From contig JAJFLM010000335.1 of the NCBI GenBank assembly GCA_021772655.1, positions 34,941-98,940 of the forward strand: a stretch of DNA of 64,000 nucleotides, read 5' to 3'. Under the pieces are notes generated by a model. It was given only the letters and a program-made list of their open reading frames with translations. It searched no databases and was not told the origin of the DNA. Shown here one piece after another: positions 1 through 9,537 of the stretch (position 1 is the first letter of the stretch; every line of letters begins with the position of its first letter). The translations under genes and the position numbers were made by a program. The stretch comes from Deltaproteobacteria bacterium. GTDB taxonomy: Bacteria > UBA10199 > 2-02-FULL-50-16 > JAJFLM01.

Positions 1-668
1 ATCTGTTCAGCGGTAGGAACATCTACTACTTCATCAAGATTGTACATTGTTAGTTCCTCTATACTAGATCCAACCGTAGCAAGTAGCTCTGGTAGTCCAG
101 TTCTAGTAGAAGTAGGTTTAGTGTTATACTTAGTATTCATTCTACCCTGACCTTGACGGGTAATCCTAAGGTTAATACCACCTTCAGGGTGGGTAATATC
201 TGCAAAGCCAGCAGCGGCATCTTGATCGATATCAAGAATATCTCTTTTAACCATGACACCAGTCTTCATAACCTTAACTCCATGAGTTAGATTAACATCT
301 CCAGTAGGAGAAGAAACAACTAGTACATTGAAGAAGAAGTTAGAGCGTGGTTTATATTCTCTAGCTGCCTGAACATTATCTTCTCCTCCCTCTTGGAATA
401 AACGTTCACCTTCATTACAGAAGGCACAGTCAACTCCAAACTGTCTACCGCAAGCTATAGGATTAAACTTACCATCCTTAGTTGAGGAATGTTCCTTTAC
501 TTCTTTGAAGAAGGAACCTGCTTCAGAGTAAGGAGGTAGAATTCTAATCTCTGTTACCCCGTTCTTTAGGAAGAGCAAAGGAATGTTACCACCCTCAGCG
601 CCCATCTTCTGATCTCGTCTATAATCTTCAGCTAATGCTGCTTCGTTTCTACTATAAAATTGTGGCAT
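1..668 (-). CDS. T4 gp32-like single-stranded DNA-binding protein (3' part of the gene lies beyond the left window edge)
   Basis: Absent from the ORF track because it is open to the window edge. ATG at 666-668 is preceded by GAGGAGG. Translation MPQFYSRNEAALAEDYRRDQKMGAEGG... stays open to position 1. H-x12-C-x7-C-x2-C (KEH..IAC..DCAFC) resembles the gp32 His-Cys3 zinc site. Adjacent to replication genes. Confidence 0.6.
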   Translation of the reverse strand, partial: MPQFYSRNEAALAEDYRRDQKMGAEGGNIPLLFLKNGVTEIRILPPYSEAGSFFKEVKEHSSTKDGKFNPIACGRQFGVDCAFCNEGERLFQEGGEDNVQAAREYKPRSNFFFNVLVVSSPTGDVNLTHGVKVMKTGVMVKRDILDIDQDAAAGFADITHPEGGINLRITRQGQGRMNTKYNTKPTSTRTGLPELLATVGSSIEELTMYNLDEVVDVPTAEQ

Positions 669-705
669 TAAAGCCTCCTCGTTTTTTGGTCTTCGTATTA
701 TCGCT

Positions 706-1131
706 TTAAAAAGCGTTTTTCGCAATCTCGTAGCCCTGTTTGTAAGCTAAAGTTCTTACTGCATCTGCTTTCTTTTGCTGGGCTCTATAATATGATTCTG
801 CTTTCTTGTGGTTTCGTTCTGCGTTATAATATTCCTCCTGTGCTTTAATATAATTAGAATCTACTAAAACTATCTCTTTTATTATGGCTTCGGTAGGTCT
901 TCGACCTTCGTCTTCAATTCTTTTACGAGCTTCGATGCTGATCGACGCAGCTTCTCTATCTCTCTTTTCCTTGAGGCGTTGAGAAAGAACCATAAACTCC
1001 GCAGATAACTCACCATAATAACGAATGAGAGACCCACTCGCGCATAACTCCGCATCAATATTATCTTCACTAATTTGGAAGTGCTGGTCTTCAATTTTAA
1101 TCTCCTGTTCATTAAGAATAAGGGTTGTCAT
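706..1131 (-). CDS. hypothetical coiled-coil protein
   Basis: 141-aa ORF with a 4-nt start/stop overlap with the upstream MazG-like gene. Charged, heptad-like sequence; no family recognised. Confidence 0.6.
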   Translation of the reverse strand: MTTLILNEQEIKIEDQHFQISEDNIDAELCASGSLIRYYGELSAEFMVLSQRLKEKRDREAASISIEARKRIEDEGRRPTEAIIKEIVLVDSNYIKAQEEYYNAERNHKKAESYYRAQQKKADAVRTLAYKQGYEIAKNAF

Positions 1132-1508
1132 CTATTGTCCCCATCTCCTTGGATTGTTCCTCGTTCGAGTCTACCAGAAATCTTTTTTATATTGGCTATA
1201 AGTAATTCATCAATGGAAGATCCTAATTCTTGAGCAGTAGCTTCAAGATACCAAGCAACATCTCCTAATTCTGAAATAAGTTCTTCTCTGGTTTTGAGAG
1301 AAACTTTTCCCTCTTTGTCTCTTAAAACCTTTTTAATTTTATTTGAAAACTCTCCCGCCTCCCCTGCTAGTCCAGTAGTAGCATAAAGAAGATTAAAAAT
1401 ATGTTCAAGATCTTTTTTGTTTATTTTTTCTATTAACTTTTTATTTCCATCTTTATATACTGCTGCTTTACTGACCATAGTTTCAAATTCATTTAAAAGT
1501 TCTCTCAT
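1128..1508 (-). CDS. mazG: MazG-like nucleoside triphosphate pyrophosphohydrolase
   Basis: GLAGEAGEF ... ELGDVAWY motif pair typical of the all-alpha NTP-PPase/MazG family. Coupled to the polymerase gene by a 4-nt overlap. Confidence 0.75.
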   Translation of the reverse strand: MRELLNEFETMVSKAAVYKDGNKKLIEKINKKDLEHIFNLLYATTGLAGEAGEFSNKIKKVLRDKEGKVSLKTREELISELGDVAWYLEATAQELGSSIDELLIANIKKISGRLERGTIQGDGDNR

Positions 1509-4123
1509 CCCGCATCCTTCTCAGCTAATGTAGCTGTCTTTCCTATTCCAATAGCACAAGGGAACACTGTGTTCTGTAGCTCTGGAATAGGTCTCTCTGC
1601 AATTATTTTTACTACCTGTGAGAACCATTCGGCAAGATCTTCTCTCACGTCCCATGTTACCGAGTCATGTACTGTAGTAACTAAGAATACATCATCAGAT
1701 TTTAAGTAACCTTTAGCAATATGTCCTTGAATCATCTTGTGGACTTCGATGAAGGTCCTGATTGTGATGGCCCCGGCTGGACTTTGAATACTAAAGTTAA
1801 CGATCTCTCGCTCCGCTGCCTTACGTATAAATTCATCGGGGTCACATAATTTAGCTCCGATACGTCGCTCTCTTCCGAAAGGAGTGACATATTTATTCCC
1901 TTGTACTCTAGCAATTTCAGGAACATCAGATAAGTATTCAGCTAGCCCGTAGAACTTAGCTCTGAATCTATCCATCCCTCGGTTAAGCATGTTCCAAGTA
2001 ATAGGATGTCTGATTCCATTATCATCTTCCCACTGTCCGGTTTCTACTAATCTATGTCCTTCGGAGCCATAAGCAATACCGAAGTTGACATTCTTTCCAC
2101 AATTCTGTCTATTGAATTTAGATACAGGACCAGAAACTAGAGGACCTAGAATGGTTTCTGCTGTAGCGGAATGGATATCCGCAGCATCATCAGGGGCGGG
2201 GGTTTGAAGATTATCCGGGTAGAAAATCTTAATCATCTCAATATCGTTAGCTAAAATAGCTAGTACCCTAAGCTCAACTTGAGAATAGTCAAAGTAAACT
2301 AATGTTCTTCCTTCTTCTGTACTATAAACATCTTTAATATTATCAGTACGCTGATCATCTACTCTAGGAGTTTGATGAAACACCGGACAGGAATATCTAC
2401 CAGACTCAGTACCATGAATTAGGAAAGAAGGACGGAACCTACCATCATTATCAATACCTTCCTCAATTACATTAAGATAGGTACCAATCATTTTAGTAGT
2501 GGTTCTATATTTAAGAATCCATTCTGCTAGTTCACATTCTTCTTTGAGTTCCATAAGTTTTGCTTTGCTGGTGGTGTAACCAGACGCAGCTTTCTTGTCT
2601 CTGATTTCTTCTTCAAACCCAGCATCAATAATAGCTTTTTGAACCTGGATTGGAGAGTTTGGATTGAAGTCAGGCCAAGTTTCACTACGAATTTTATGAA
2701 TGAGTTCATCTTTTTCTCCCTCATATTGTTCTTTAAGAACTTTAATTTTATTTTTATCTATATAATGACCGCGCTGCTCGGCAGGTATTAGAGCATGGAT
2801 CCCCGGTTCAACTTCCTCACAATATAAAGTCCATAGATGAGGCTGAGCTAATAGTCTTTGATAATATTCTACAAATAACTTCCAAGTACACTCAGAGTCT
2901 GAAGCAGAATACATCCATAGCATCTCATCGGGTATATTATCGTAAGTATTTTTAAGTACCTTACCATACCCTACAATCTCATGTAGTTCAGCAGAATAAT
3001 TACCAACAGAAAACTCTACATCTGCCAGATATTCTAAAGCATGAGGTCTGTGTTCATCTAAGACGTGATGCATAAGCATAGTATCAAAGAAGAAACCTTG
3101 GATCTTAATTCCTAACCATCTCCATATTACATGACAATCATACTTTAGATTATGTGCTATCTTAGCTATATTAATATCTTCAAATAGAGGCTTAAGCTTT
3201 TCTATTACCTGCTTTTTATTTTCTGGTAACCAGAAAGGTTTCATTTTATAATCTAATCCATCTGGATCATGATTATTAATAGGTAAAATATAGTTCTTGT
3301 CCTGGCCTATAGAAAAAGATAGACATAGGAGTGGCGCTCGATACCAAGGCAGAGAGACTGACTCTGTATCGAAAGCAAACATACCGGATTCAATTAAATC
3401 CGAAACCATTTCGTCTACTAGATCTAATGTATGTACAAGAGTATATTTAGATTGAATACAAGCACCTTCAGTGTGCTTGCCATCAGCTATATTGGCAGCT
3501 TTAGAATAGTCGCCAACAACTTTGGTTTCTAACTGATCGTTTGTGACCCGGAAGAACATCGACGGATCGAAGGTAGGAATAACCTGATATAAAGTAGTAT
3601 CATCTATAGTAGGAATAGGAAGGTGATAAGAAGTACCTCTAATATTATTTAAACCTCCCTTGTTATGTAAACGAAATAGTCTGAGCGCAGTGGAGCCCAA
3701 AAGTAAAACCACCTTGGGCTTTACCATTAGTATTTCATTTACAATGTGCGGGATACATTGGTTTATTTCTTTTACGGAAGGTTTATTGTAGCCCTGACAG
3801 CGGACTATAGGAGCACAGAACACCCGTTGCTTATTGATACCAGCTCTATCAACCAACTCAATAAGTTTTCCCATCTGGCGGGAATTACCAACGTAGCCTA
3901 AGCCATCGTCGTTACGGTCTGGTGCTTCAAAGACTATGAAGATATCACAATCTTTAGGATTAGAAGAACTAGCTGGAGGTAGGTTAGTCTCTCTTGATAT
4001 AGAAATATCATGAAGAGTTCTGCCTCTCATTTCTACTGACTTGCAGTCATATCCTCGTTTGCATTTAGGAGCGCCACCCTCGTCGCTTCGACAAGGATCA
4101 TATATTGGTAGGTCTTGTGGCAT
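1505..4123 (-). CDS. family A DNA polymerase with 3'-5' exonuclease and an N-terminal UDG-like domain
   Basis: FAFDTES (Exo I), DYSQVELRVLA (motif A), RQNCGKNVNFGIAYG (motif B), VHDS (motif C). The N-terminal ~200 aa resemble a family-4 uracil-DNA glycosylase fold, but the catalytic motifs read FEAPD and DPS instead of GEAPG and HPS. Confidence 0.9.
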   Translation of the reverse strand: MPQDLPIYDPCRSDEGGAPKCKRGYDCKSVEMRGRTLHDISISRETNLPPASSSNPKDCDIFIVFEAPDRNDDGLGYVGNSRQMGKLIELVDRAGINKQRVFCAPIVRCQGYNKPSVKEINQCIPHIVNEILMVKPKVVLLLGSTALRLFRLHNKGGLNNIRGTSYHLPIPTIDDTTLYQVIPTFDPSMFFRVTNDQLETKVVGDYSKAANIADGKHTEGACIQSKYTLVHTLDLVDEMVSDLIESGMFAFDTESVSLPWYRAPLLCLSFSIGQDKNYILPINNHDPDGLDYKMKPFWLPENKKQVIEKLKPLFEDINIAKIAHNLKYDCHVIWRWLGIKIQGFFFDTMLMHHVLDEHRPHALEYLADVEFSVGNYSAELHEIVGYGKVLKNTYDNIPDEMLWMYSASDSECTWKLFVEYYQRLLAQPHLWTLYCEEVEPGIHALIPAEQRGHYIDKNKIKVLKEQYEGEKDELIHKIRSETWPDFNPNSPIQVQKAIIDAGFEEEIRDKKAASGYTTSKAKLMELKEECELAEWILKYRTTTKMIGTYLNVIEEGIDNDGRFRPSFLIHGTESGRYSCPVFHQTPRVDDQRTDNIKDVYSTEEGRTLVYFDYSQVELRVLAILANDIEMIKIFYPDNLQTPAPDDAADIHSATAETILGPLVSGPVSKFNRQNCGKNVNFGIAYGSEGHRLVETGQWEDDNGIRHPITWNMLNRGMDRFRAKFYGLAEYLSDVPEIARVQGNKYVTPFGRERRIGAKLCDPDEFIRKAAEREIVNFSIQSPAGAITIRTFIEVHKMIQGHIAKGYLKSDDVFLVTTVHDSVTWDVREDLAEWFSQVVKIIAERPIPELQNTVFPCAIGIGKTATLAEKDAG

Positions 4124-4985
4124 CTATTATTTCCTTGAGGTGTTTCTTTGTATAATCATCTGGTTGTTTTTTTATTTTAATAAAGTCTGCGGCTATACCT
4201 ATATTATTTAATTTAGTAGCAGCTTTTTGTGCTGATTTGTTTGCACCCTCATCAAAGAGAATAGCAATATGTTTTGCTTTAGATTTTGCAATTTTTGTTA
4301 TTTGGATTGGAGACAAGTAAGAACCAAAAGGCGTCGTACAATTTAACTCCTCGCGTAACCATATAGAATTAAAAGTATTTTCTACTAGTGTTAATGTTTT
4401 CCATGTTTTGGCTTCTTCCCAACCAAAAAGATATTGAGTTATATCTATACCTTTAAGATAGTCGTATCTAGGTTCTTCTTTTGAAAAACCTTCTTTCGTT
4501 TCTGCTTTTCTGTTTAGTCGTCTTCCTACATATTGTATTAATTTTGAATCTTCATAAACCGGTACGTAAACCCAGTGATTATGAGCATGAATATTAAACT
4601 GTTTGATCTTCTTCTCTGTTACCCCTCTGTGTTTCAGTACATCGACTACCCAGGAATCAGACTCCTCACCCGCTAGAACGGGCCACACGCCCATTGGTAG
4701 ACCGACCTGGGCTGGGGATACCTGTTTCTGATTATCGAAGCGTGGAACGTATCCTGCCTCTTCTGGGGCATACCCTACTATCTCAAGGAGATCTGTATAA
4801 GTAGTACGTCTATGGCACTGCGCTCTATGACACCAACCTACTTTCTTTCTAACATTAAAATAGAAACTGGGGTGGTAACAAAAGGGACAAGGGAAATTGG
4901 CTTCGTGTTCTTGTATACTCTTAACTGGGAAAGCACCTGCCAACCAAGCTATTAAAGATCTTTCGTTTACTTTTGTCATACTCAA
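4098..4985 (-). CDS. DNA primase (zinc ribbon + TOPRIM)
   Basis: CPFCYHPSFYFNVRKKVGWCHRAQCH zinc-binding N-terminus. TOPRIM-like LVENTFNSIW and ILFDEGANKS. Lies between the helicase and the polymerase. Confidence 0.75.
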   Translation of the reverse strand: MSMTKVNERSLIAWLAGAFPVKSIQEHEANFPCPFCYHPSFYFNVRKKVGWCHRAQCHRRTTYTDLLEIVGYAPEEAGYVPRFDNQKQVSPAQVGLPMGVWPVLAGEESDSWVVDVLKHRGVTEKKIKQFNIHAHNHWVYVPVYEDSKLIQYVGRRLNRKAETKEGFSKEEPRYDYLKGIDITQYLFGWEEAKTWKTLTLVENTFNSIWLREELNCTTPFGSYLSPIQITKIAKSKAKHIAILFDEGANKSAQKAATKLNNIGIAADFIKIKKQPDDYTKKHLKEIIDATRPTNI

Positions 4986-5057
4986 TATTGCTGATACCTA
5001 CAGATGACTGCCACTTAAAGAACTGTAGGTATTAGACTTTGTTTCAAGGCTGCCCTA

Positions 5058-5222
5058 CTAATATAAAATAATCTTAAGATTTCTATACAGTAAAACAACC
5101 TTTAGTTTTTTTTTAATGGGATTTTCTTTTTTCTTTTGTTTTCGTTGTTTTTCTTCTTGTGGTTCTTTTTCTTTTCGGTGTGTTTTTTCTCTGTGTCTTG
5201 TTTGTTTTTTTCTCAGCTTCAT
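5058..5222 (-). CDS. candidate small, highly basic protein (54 aa) encoded by a polypurine tract
   Basis: Hand translation MKLRKKQTRHREKTHRKEKEPQEEKQRKQKKKENPIKKKLKVVLLYRNLKIILY. Below the ORF-track cutoff. GGAGA lies 12 nt upstream of the ATG, which is long. It may simply be a low-complexity non-coding tract. Confidence 0.3.
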   Translation of the reverse strand: MKLRKKQTRHREKTHRKEKEPQEEKQRKQKKKENPIKKKLKVVLLYRNLKIILY

Positions 5223-5347
5223 TCGGTCCACATATCTCCTAACATCAAAACCTACTCACTTTTATAGAGGGTGGCAGGGTTCATGACTCTAGGGAGAGCA
5301 GTCTTCCTGTTTAAGTATCGCTTTTCCCGAGGGATTTGTCCACCTTT

Positions 5348-6814
5348 TCAGGAAGAAAATTTTTGCTGTGCAGACCTTCGTCTTTGTTTCGCTTTCTGTC
5401 TGTCTCTAGGTGACTCAGCTTGTATAGCTTTTCCAGAACCAGAGGAATCGAACGCTGGCTTATCTTCCTCCTCATCCTCCGAGGTACCTCTAGTGCTGCT
5501 AGTAACGACTTCGATTTCTTCATCTGTAATACTCATTCTACCAAGATCAGCTTTTACGATTTTGGGTGCATGAACCAGTCTACTTTGTCTCATTTTCGTA
5601 GACATAAACTCTATAGCTACGAAGTCTGTATCTTCTAATCCAGGTATAGGTATCTGTCTGCCCATGATAACAGCAGAAGCTTCTTGTAATTGTTTAATAG
5701 AACCTTGAGTCATATGGTTTCCCATACGCCCACCATCTTCAGTATAGAGACCGGATCTATTGGTTTGAGCTGCGGTCCATAACATTATACTATGCTTTTT
5801 GCAAAACCGGGCAATGTCTTTTGCAATACCACCGATCCAATTCCATTCCTTATCTCTACTAAATCCAGATAAAGCAGGCTTCATTCTTTCCATGAAGTCA
5901 AGAACAATTACATCAGGTTTCCAGCCATGTAGGTTAGCCATCTTAGCCATTTCTGCTTCAATATCATTAATATCTACTTCTCTATTGAATTCAGTAATAA
6001 CAATACGTTGATCTAATCCATTAGTCCAATAGCGAGTTAATCCTTTATACGCTACTGCTGGGTCATCAATAATTTTATCTAATGGAATACCGGTGATTCT
6101 GGCTAGATTACGTTCAGTTACTTCTTCAATAGGAAGCTCGTTGGTAATATACCATACTCGCTTATTCTCTACCGCAGCTATCCAATTACCCATAATTAGA
6201 AGAGAAGCTGATTTACCGTGTCCTGTTGGTAGAATTAAAATACCAAATTGCTTGGGTCTTAATCCGCCTCCAGTCCAATCATCAATACATTTAATTCCGC
6301 AAGGTATTTTTTTATTGGGAGTATCGAAGCCGGATGATTGAACTAGATGTTCGATAGCGTGCTTGAGATCCATAGTTCTATCTTCACTATTCTGCTCAAA
6401 CTGAGTGATCCAAGACTGAACATCTCTTATTAATTGAGTACCATCGAAAGCAGCTTGCTTCTCAATAAAGGACTCATCTCTTAACATTTGTATGAAACTA
6501 CGTATAACTGCTACGTTTTTCGCTTGTTCCAGGGTATAAATTTGATCGGACCTATCTGGATCTGCTTCTTGAAGGGTACAAATAGCGGGCTTATATCTGT
6601 TATTGTAAGCTTCTTCATCTTTATCTTTAAATATTTTATGTAATGTATCTAATGAAGGAGGCTCTCCGTACTTTCGAGTGAAAGCGTAGATTTCGGCGAG
6701 CATAGGACGGTATTCTACTGTCTCCAGCCATTCAGGTTTGAATATTTGGGAATATTTCTTGGCGTCTTCAGGACGTACTGTTAACGCCCATAAGAATGAT
6801 GGTTCATCAAACAT
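5348..6814 (-). CDS. DnaB-like replicative DNA helicase
   Basis: Walker A ILPTGHGKSASLL and a RecA-like C-terminal core (VIVLDFMERM, TAAQTNR). DnaB-type N-terminal domain and an acidic/basic C-terminal tail. Confidence 0.85.
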   Translation of the reverse strand: MFDEPSFLWALTVRPEDAKKYSQIFKPEWLETVEYRPMLAEIYAFTRKYGEPPSLDTLHKIFKDKDEEAYNNRYKPAICTLQEADPDRSDQIYTLEQAKNVAVIRSFIQMLRDESFIEKQAAFDGTQLIRDVQSWITQFEQNSEDRTMDLKHAIEHLVQSSGFDTPNKKIPCGIKCIDDWTGGGLRPKQFGILILPTGHGKSASLLIMGNWIAAVENKRVWYITNELPIEEVTERNLARITGIPLDKIIDDPAVAYKGLTRYWTNGLDQRIVITEFNREVDINDIEAEMAKMANLHGWKPDVIVLDFMERMKPALSGFSRDKEWNWIGGIAKDIARFCKKHSIMLWTAAQTNRSGLYTEDGGRMGNHMTQGSIKQLQEASAVIMGRQIPIPGLEDTDFVAIEFMSTKMRQSRLVHAPKIVKADLGRMSITDEEIEVVTSSTRGTSEDEEEDKPAFDSSGSGKAIQAESPRDRQKAKQRRRSAQQKFSS

Positions 6815-6855
6815 TATAAAAGATCCTTTACTTTATGATTCATCCAAGCTCCTAT

Positions 6856-8277
6856 TTATATAATTCTAAATCCCTCAGCCTTCCAGTTGAGGATTCTTGT
6901 ATCGAAGTGCTTTTTGAGGATCCCAGTAGAGTCGGCGAAATCATATACGCTTGCTGTATCTTTTTCATTATCGAGCCGTAGTACTCTTCCAACCCTTTGG
7001 AGTTGTTTAATTTCAGACTTTCCTGCCCCACCGAGAATAATTGATTTGAGACTCGGGAAGTCGAGTCCTTCGTCAAAGATTTTAGTGCAGAGGACTCTTC
7101 CTTTATTTTTTCTGACATCTTCTAATACCTTTTCTCTTTCGTTTGTTTTACTTTTATAGTGTAAAATAGGAATATCCATTCCTTTTTCTGCTGCCATGCT
7201 TTGCAGAATCTCAATATGAGCCACTCGATTAGCTAGAATTATACAAGGAGTAGGGGCTTCTTCAATAGCTTTAATTATTTGTTTGTTTCTTTGTACATTA
7301 AGAATAATTCCAACTTCATATGCTTTATCATAGGTTCTAGGGAGTTTCTTTACCTTATTTACTGGCATAATATGAACAATTGGAGGAGTAAGGAACCCTC
7401 TATCAATTAAATATTTATTTGTAATATCACAAATTAGAGGACCAGTTACTCCCTCGAATACTGAGTCCGAGAAAGTATCTCTCATAAACGGAGTAGCTGT
7501 CAACCCCCATCGAGCATAAGCTCCCGGCATCATAGCAGAAATCTTAGCAAACTGATTCCCTTCAGTTAAGGTAGCCGCAATTAAGTGTGCTTCATCATAA
7601 AAAATCTGCTGTATATCTTGAAGAAACCCTAGGTCATCAAACTTTTCTCCTCTTACTAGAGAAGACAGAGTTTGAATTGTAGACACAGTAATCCCATTGG
7701 GTTTAACGTCACGAGCGCTATCTCCTAATTTACCTGCATCAATTCCATATTTTCTAAATCTTTCTACGGTTTGATTGAGAAGAGTCTTCTTATGTACGAG
7801 AAATAAGGAAGGTATATTCATATACTGATACATAGCCACCGCTATCTCAGTCTTCCCTGCACCGGTAGCTAACTTAAGTACTCCTCTAGGCCACCACGTA
7901 TCATAGTAGGTACGTTGAGTTGCTTGTTCAATTGCCCATAACTGATAATCCCTAAGAGGAACTGTAATATTACTGGTGGTAGGAGTATTAATGAGTCTCT
8001 TATCTTCTAATAAGACAGGACAACCATAATCTTGTTCAATAGTTTGAACAACGGTAGGAATTAATCCAGATAGAAATTGTCCTTTCTTGGTGATGATTCT
8101 AGCCATACCATCCCAACCCATCTTACCTTTAGTTTTAAGATAAGTTTTATGGGATGCCATATACTTAGCACCAGGAGCAGCAACTTTATAGTAATAATAT
8201 AAACTCTCTAATACTTTCTTTTCATCCTCATTTTGAGGGTAAATTTGAGAGATCACGTTCGTATATTCTATCCGCAC
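6856..8277 (-). CDS. superfamily 2 DEAD/DEAH-box helicase (UvsW/Rad25-like)
   Basis: ATGAGKT (motif I), YDEAH (motif II), TATP (motif III), QRVGRVLR (motif VI). GTG start. Confidence 0.8.
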   Translation of the reverse strand: MRIEYTNVISQIYPQNEDEKKVLESLYYYYKVAAPGAKYMASHKTYLKTKGKMGWDGMARIITKKGQFLSGLIPTVVQTIEQDYGCPVLLEDKRLINTPTTSNITVPLRDYQLWAIEQATQRTYYDTWWPRGVLKLATGAGKTEIAVAMYQYMNIPSLFLVHKKTLLNQTVERFRKYGIDAGKLGDSARDVKPNGITVSTIQTLSSLVRGEKFDDLGFLQDIQQIFYDEAHLIAATLTEGNQFAKISAMMPGAYARWGLTATPFMRDTFSDSVFEGVTGPLICDITNKYLIDRGFLTPPIVHIMPVNKVKKLPRTYDKAYEVGIILNVQRNKQIIKAIEEAPTPCIILANRVAHIEILQSMAAEKGMDIPILHYKSKTNEREKVLEDVRKNKGRVLCTKIFDEGLDFPSLKSIILGGAGKSEIKQLQRVGRVLRLDNEKDTASVYDFADSTGILKKHFDTRILNWKAEGFRII

Positions 8278-8288
8278 ATTTAATCTCT

Positions 8289-8990
8289 CTATCTTTTTCT
8301 AATAATTTTATATTGTTTGGTTGTTAACATTTGTCCTGTTAACTTTTGTATGCTTTCTTTTGTATCTTTTTCTTCTACTATCTTCTCAACTAAATCAGGT
8401 AAAGTATTTTTTTCTTCTACAAGTAAAGACATTTCTTCTGGTGCCCAATCTTCTAAATAAGAATATCGAGCAGTAACTACAATATTATTTAGTTCACTAT
8501 TAATAGTTCTCTTTATTCTTCGAAGCTTCTCTTTCAATTCAGGAGTAGGAGTTTCTCTATTTTCTAATACAGTTTCTATTAAAATGTGTATTAGATCTCC
8601 TAGAGTATCTATATCAGGAATATGATCCCTAATAGCAATCTTTCTGTCATTCTCTTCTTTATGGGAGGGACAACAAGGTACTATATTGAAAGTATCTATT
8701 ACTCCTCCTACTTCTAGAGGAATATAAAAGGAATACCTGAGAGCATGGGAGCTATTGGATTCAGCCACTAAAAGATTGATACCACAGAAAGCACAAGACC
8801 CTTTATATTCTTTATACTTTTCTTCAGCTTCAGATCTTAGAAATCTTTTCTTTAAATGAGGACGCTTACGTTTTATCTCATTATTTAATTCAGCAACAGC
8901 CTTTATATAAGCTCTCTTACTTGTAATTGGAGCCTTAGGCATCTGGAAATAGCTCTGGATTCTCTTCGGCAGCTTGCTCAAAGCTACCAC
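8289..8990 (-). CDS. hypothetical protein with a degenerate HNH/zinc-finger-like core
   Basis: 233-aa ORF. CAFCG...EVGG...NIVPCCPSHKEEN recalls an HNH beta-beta-alpha-metal core, but the catalytic His is not evident. Confidence 0.5.
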   Translation of the reverse strand: MVALSKLPKRIQSYFQMPKAPITSKRAYIKAVAELNNEIKRKRPHLKKRFLRSEAEEKYKEYKGSCAFCGINLLVAESNSSHALRYSFYIPLEVGGVIDTFNIVPCCPSHKEENDRKIAIRDHIPDIDTLGDLIHILIETVLENRETPTPELKEKLRRIKRTINSELNNIVVTARYSYLEDWAPEEMSLLVEEKNTLPDLVEKIVEEKDTKESIQKLTGQMLTTKQYKIIRKR

Positions 8991-9537
8991 ATCCGATGAT
9001 TTTTACAAGACGAGAGACATTTAATCCTCTCTTCCACCAATGATCCATCACAGTTTTATTCTCTAAAACTTTAACCCCGAAAGAAGAAGATAGTCCAATA
9101 GCTTTACCAGGAGTTAATGTATTATAAGTAGTTTCTAATTCAAGACCTAATCCATGAGCAGCAGTCTCCATCTTTTCAGATGTAGCACCCCAAGGAGTAC
9201 ACCATACCGTAGGTTGATACTTCAATACAGATGTGAACCATTCTAAACTTTTTTCAAGATGTTCTATTATCTCTCTAAGTTTTAATTTATTATAATCTAT
9301 ATGTTCAAACCCGTGTAACTGAGGGTCACATTCTCCTTTAGTTAAAGAATTTTTAGTAAGCTCAATTACTTCCGGCCACTCCTGAATTTCCGTTACTAAA
9401 ATTGTTGGGACAAAATGAATTTTTTCTTCCGATCCCAGCCACCGATACATTTTTTGTATCTGTCTTATCGATTTCTCCTTGTCGAAGGCTGAGCTGTGAC
9501 ACATCACGTCGTCGATCCTTATTCTTAACTTTGTCAC
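8935..9537 (-). CDS. hypothetical protein, possibly of the polysaccharide-deacetylase/carbohydrate-esterase fold
   Basis: 200-aa ORF. RIDDV and HGFEH are weakly reminiscent of NodB-type motifs. The start is uncertain because the first ~176 nt overlap the upstream endonuclease ORF. Confidence 0.45.
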   Translation of the reverse strand: MTKLRIRIDDVMCHSSAFDKEKSIRQIQKMYRWLGSEEKIHFVPTILVTEIQEWPEVIELTKNSLTKGECDPQLHGFEHIDYNKLKLREIIEHLEKSLEWFTSVLKYQPTVWCTPWGATSEKMETAAHGLGLELETTYNTLTPGKAIGLSSSFGVKVLENKTVMDHWWKRGLNVSRLVKIIGCGSFEQAAEENPELFPDA

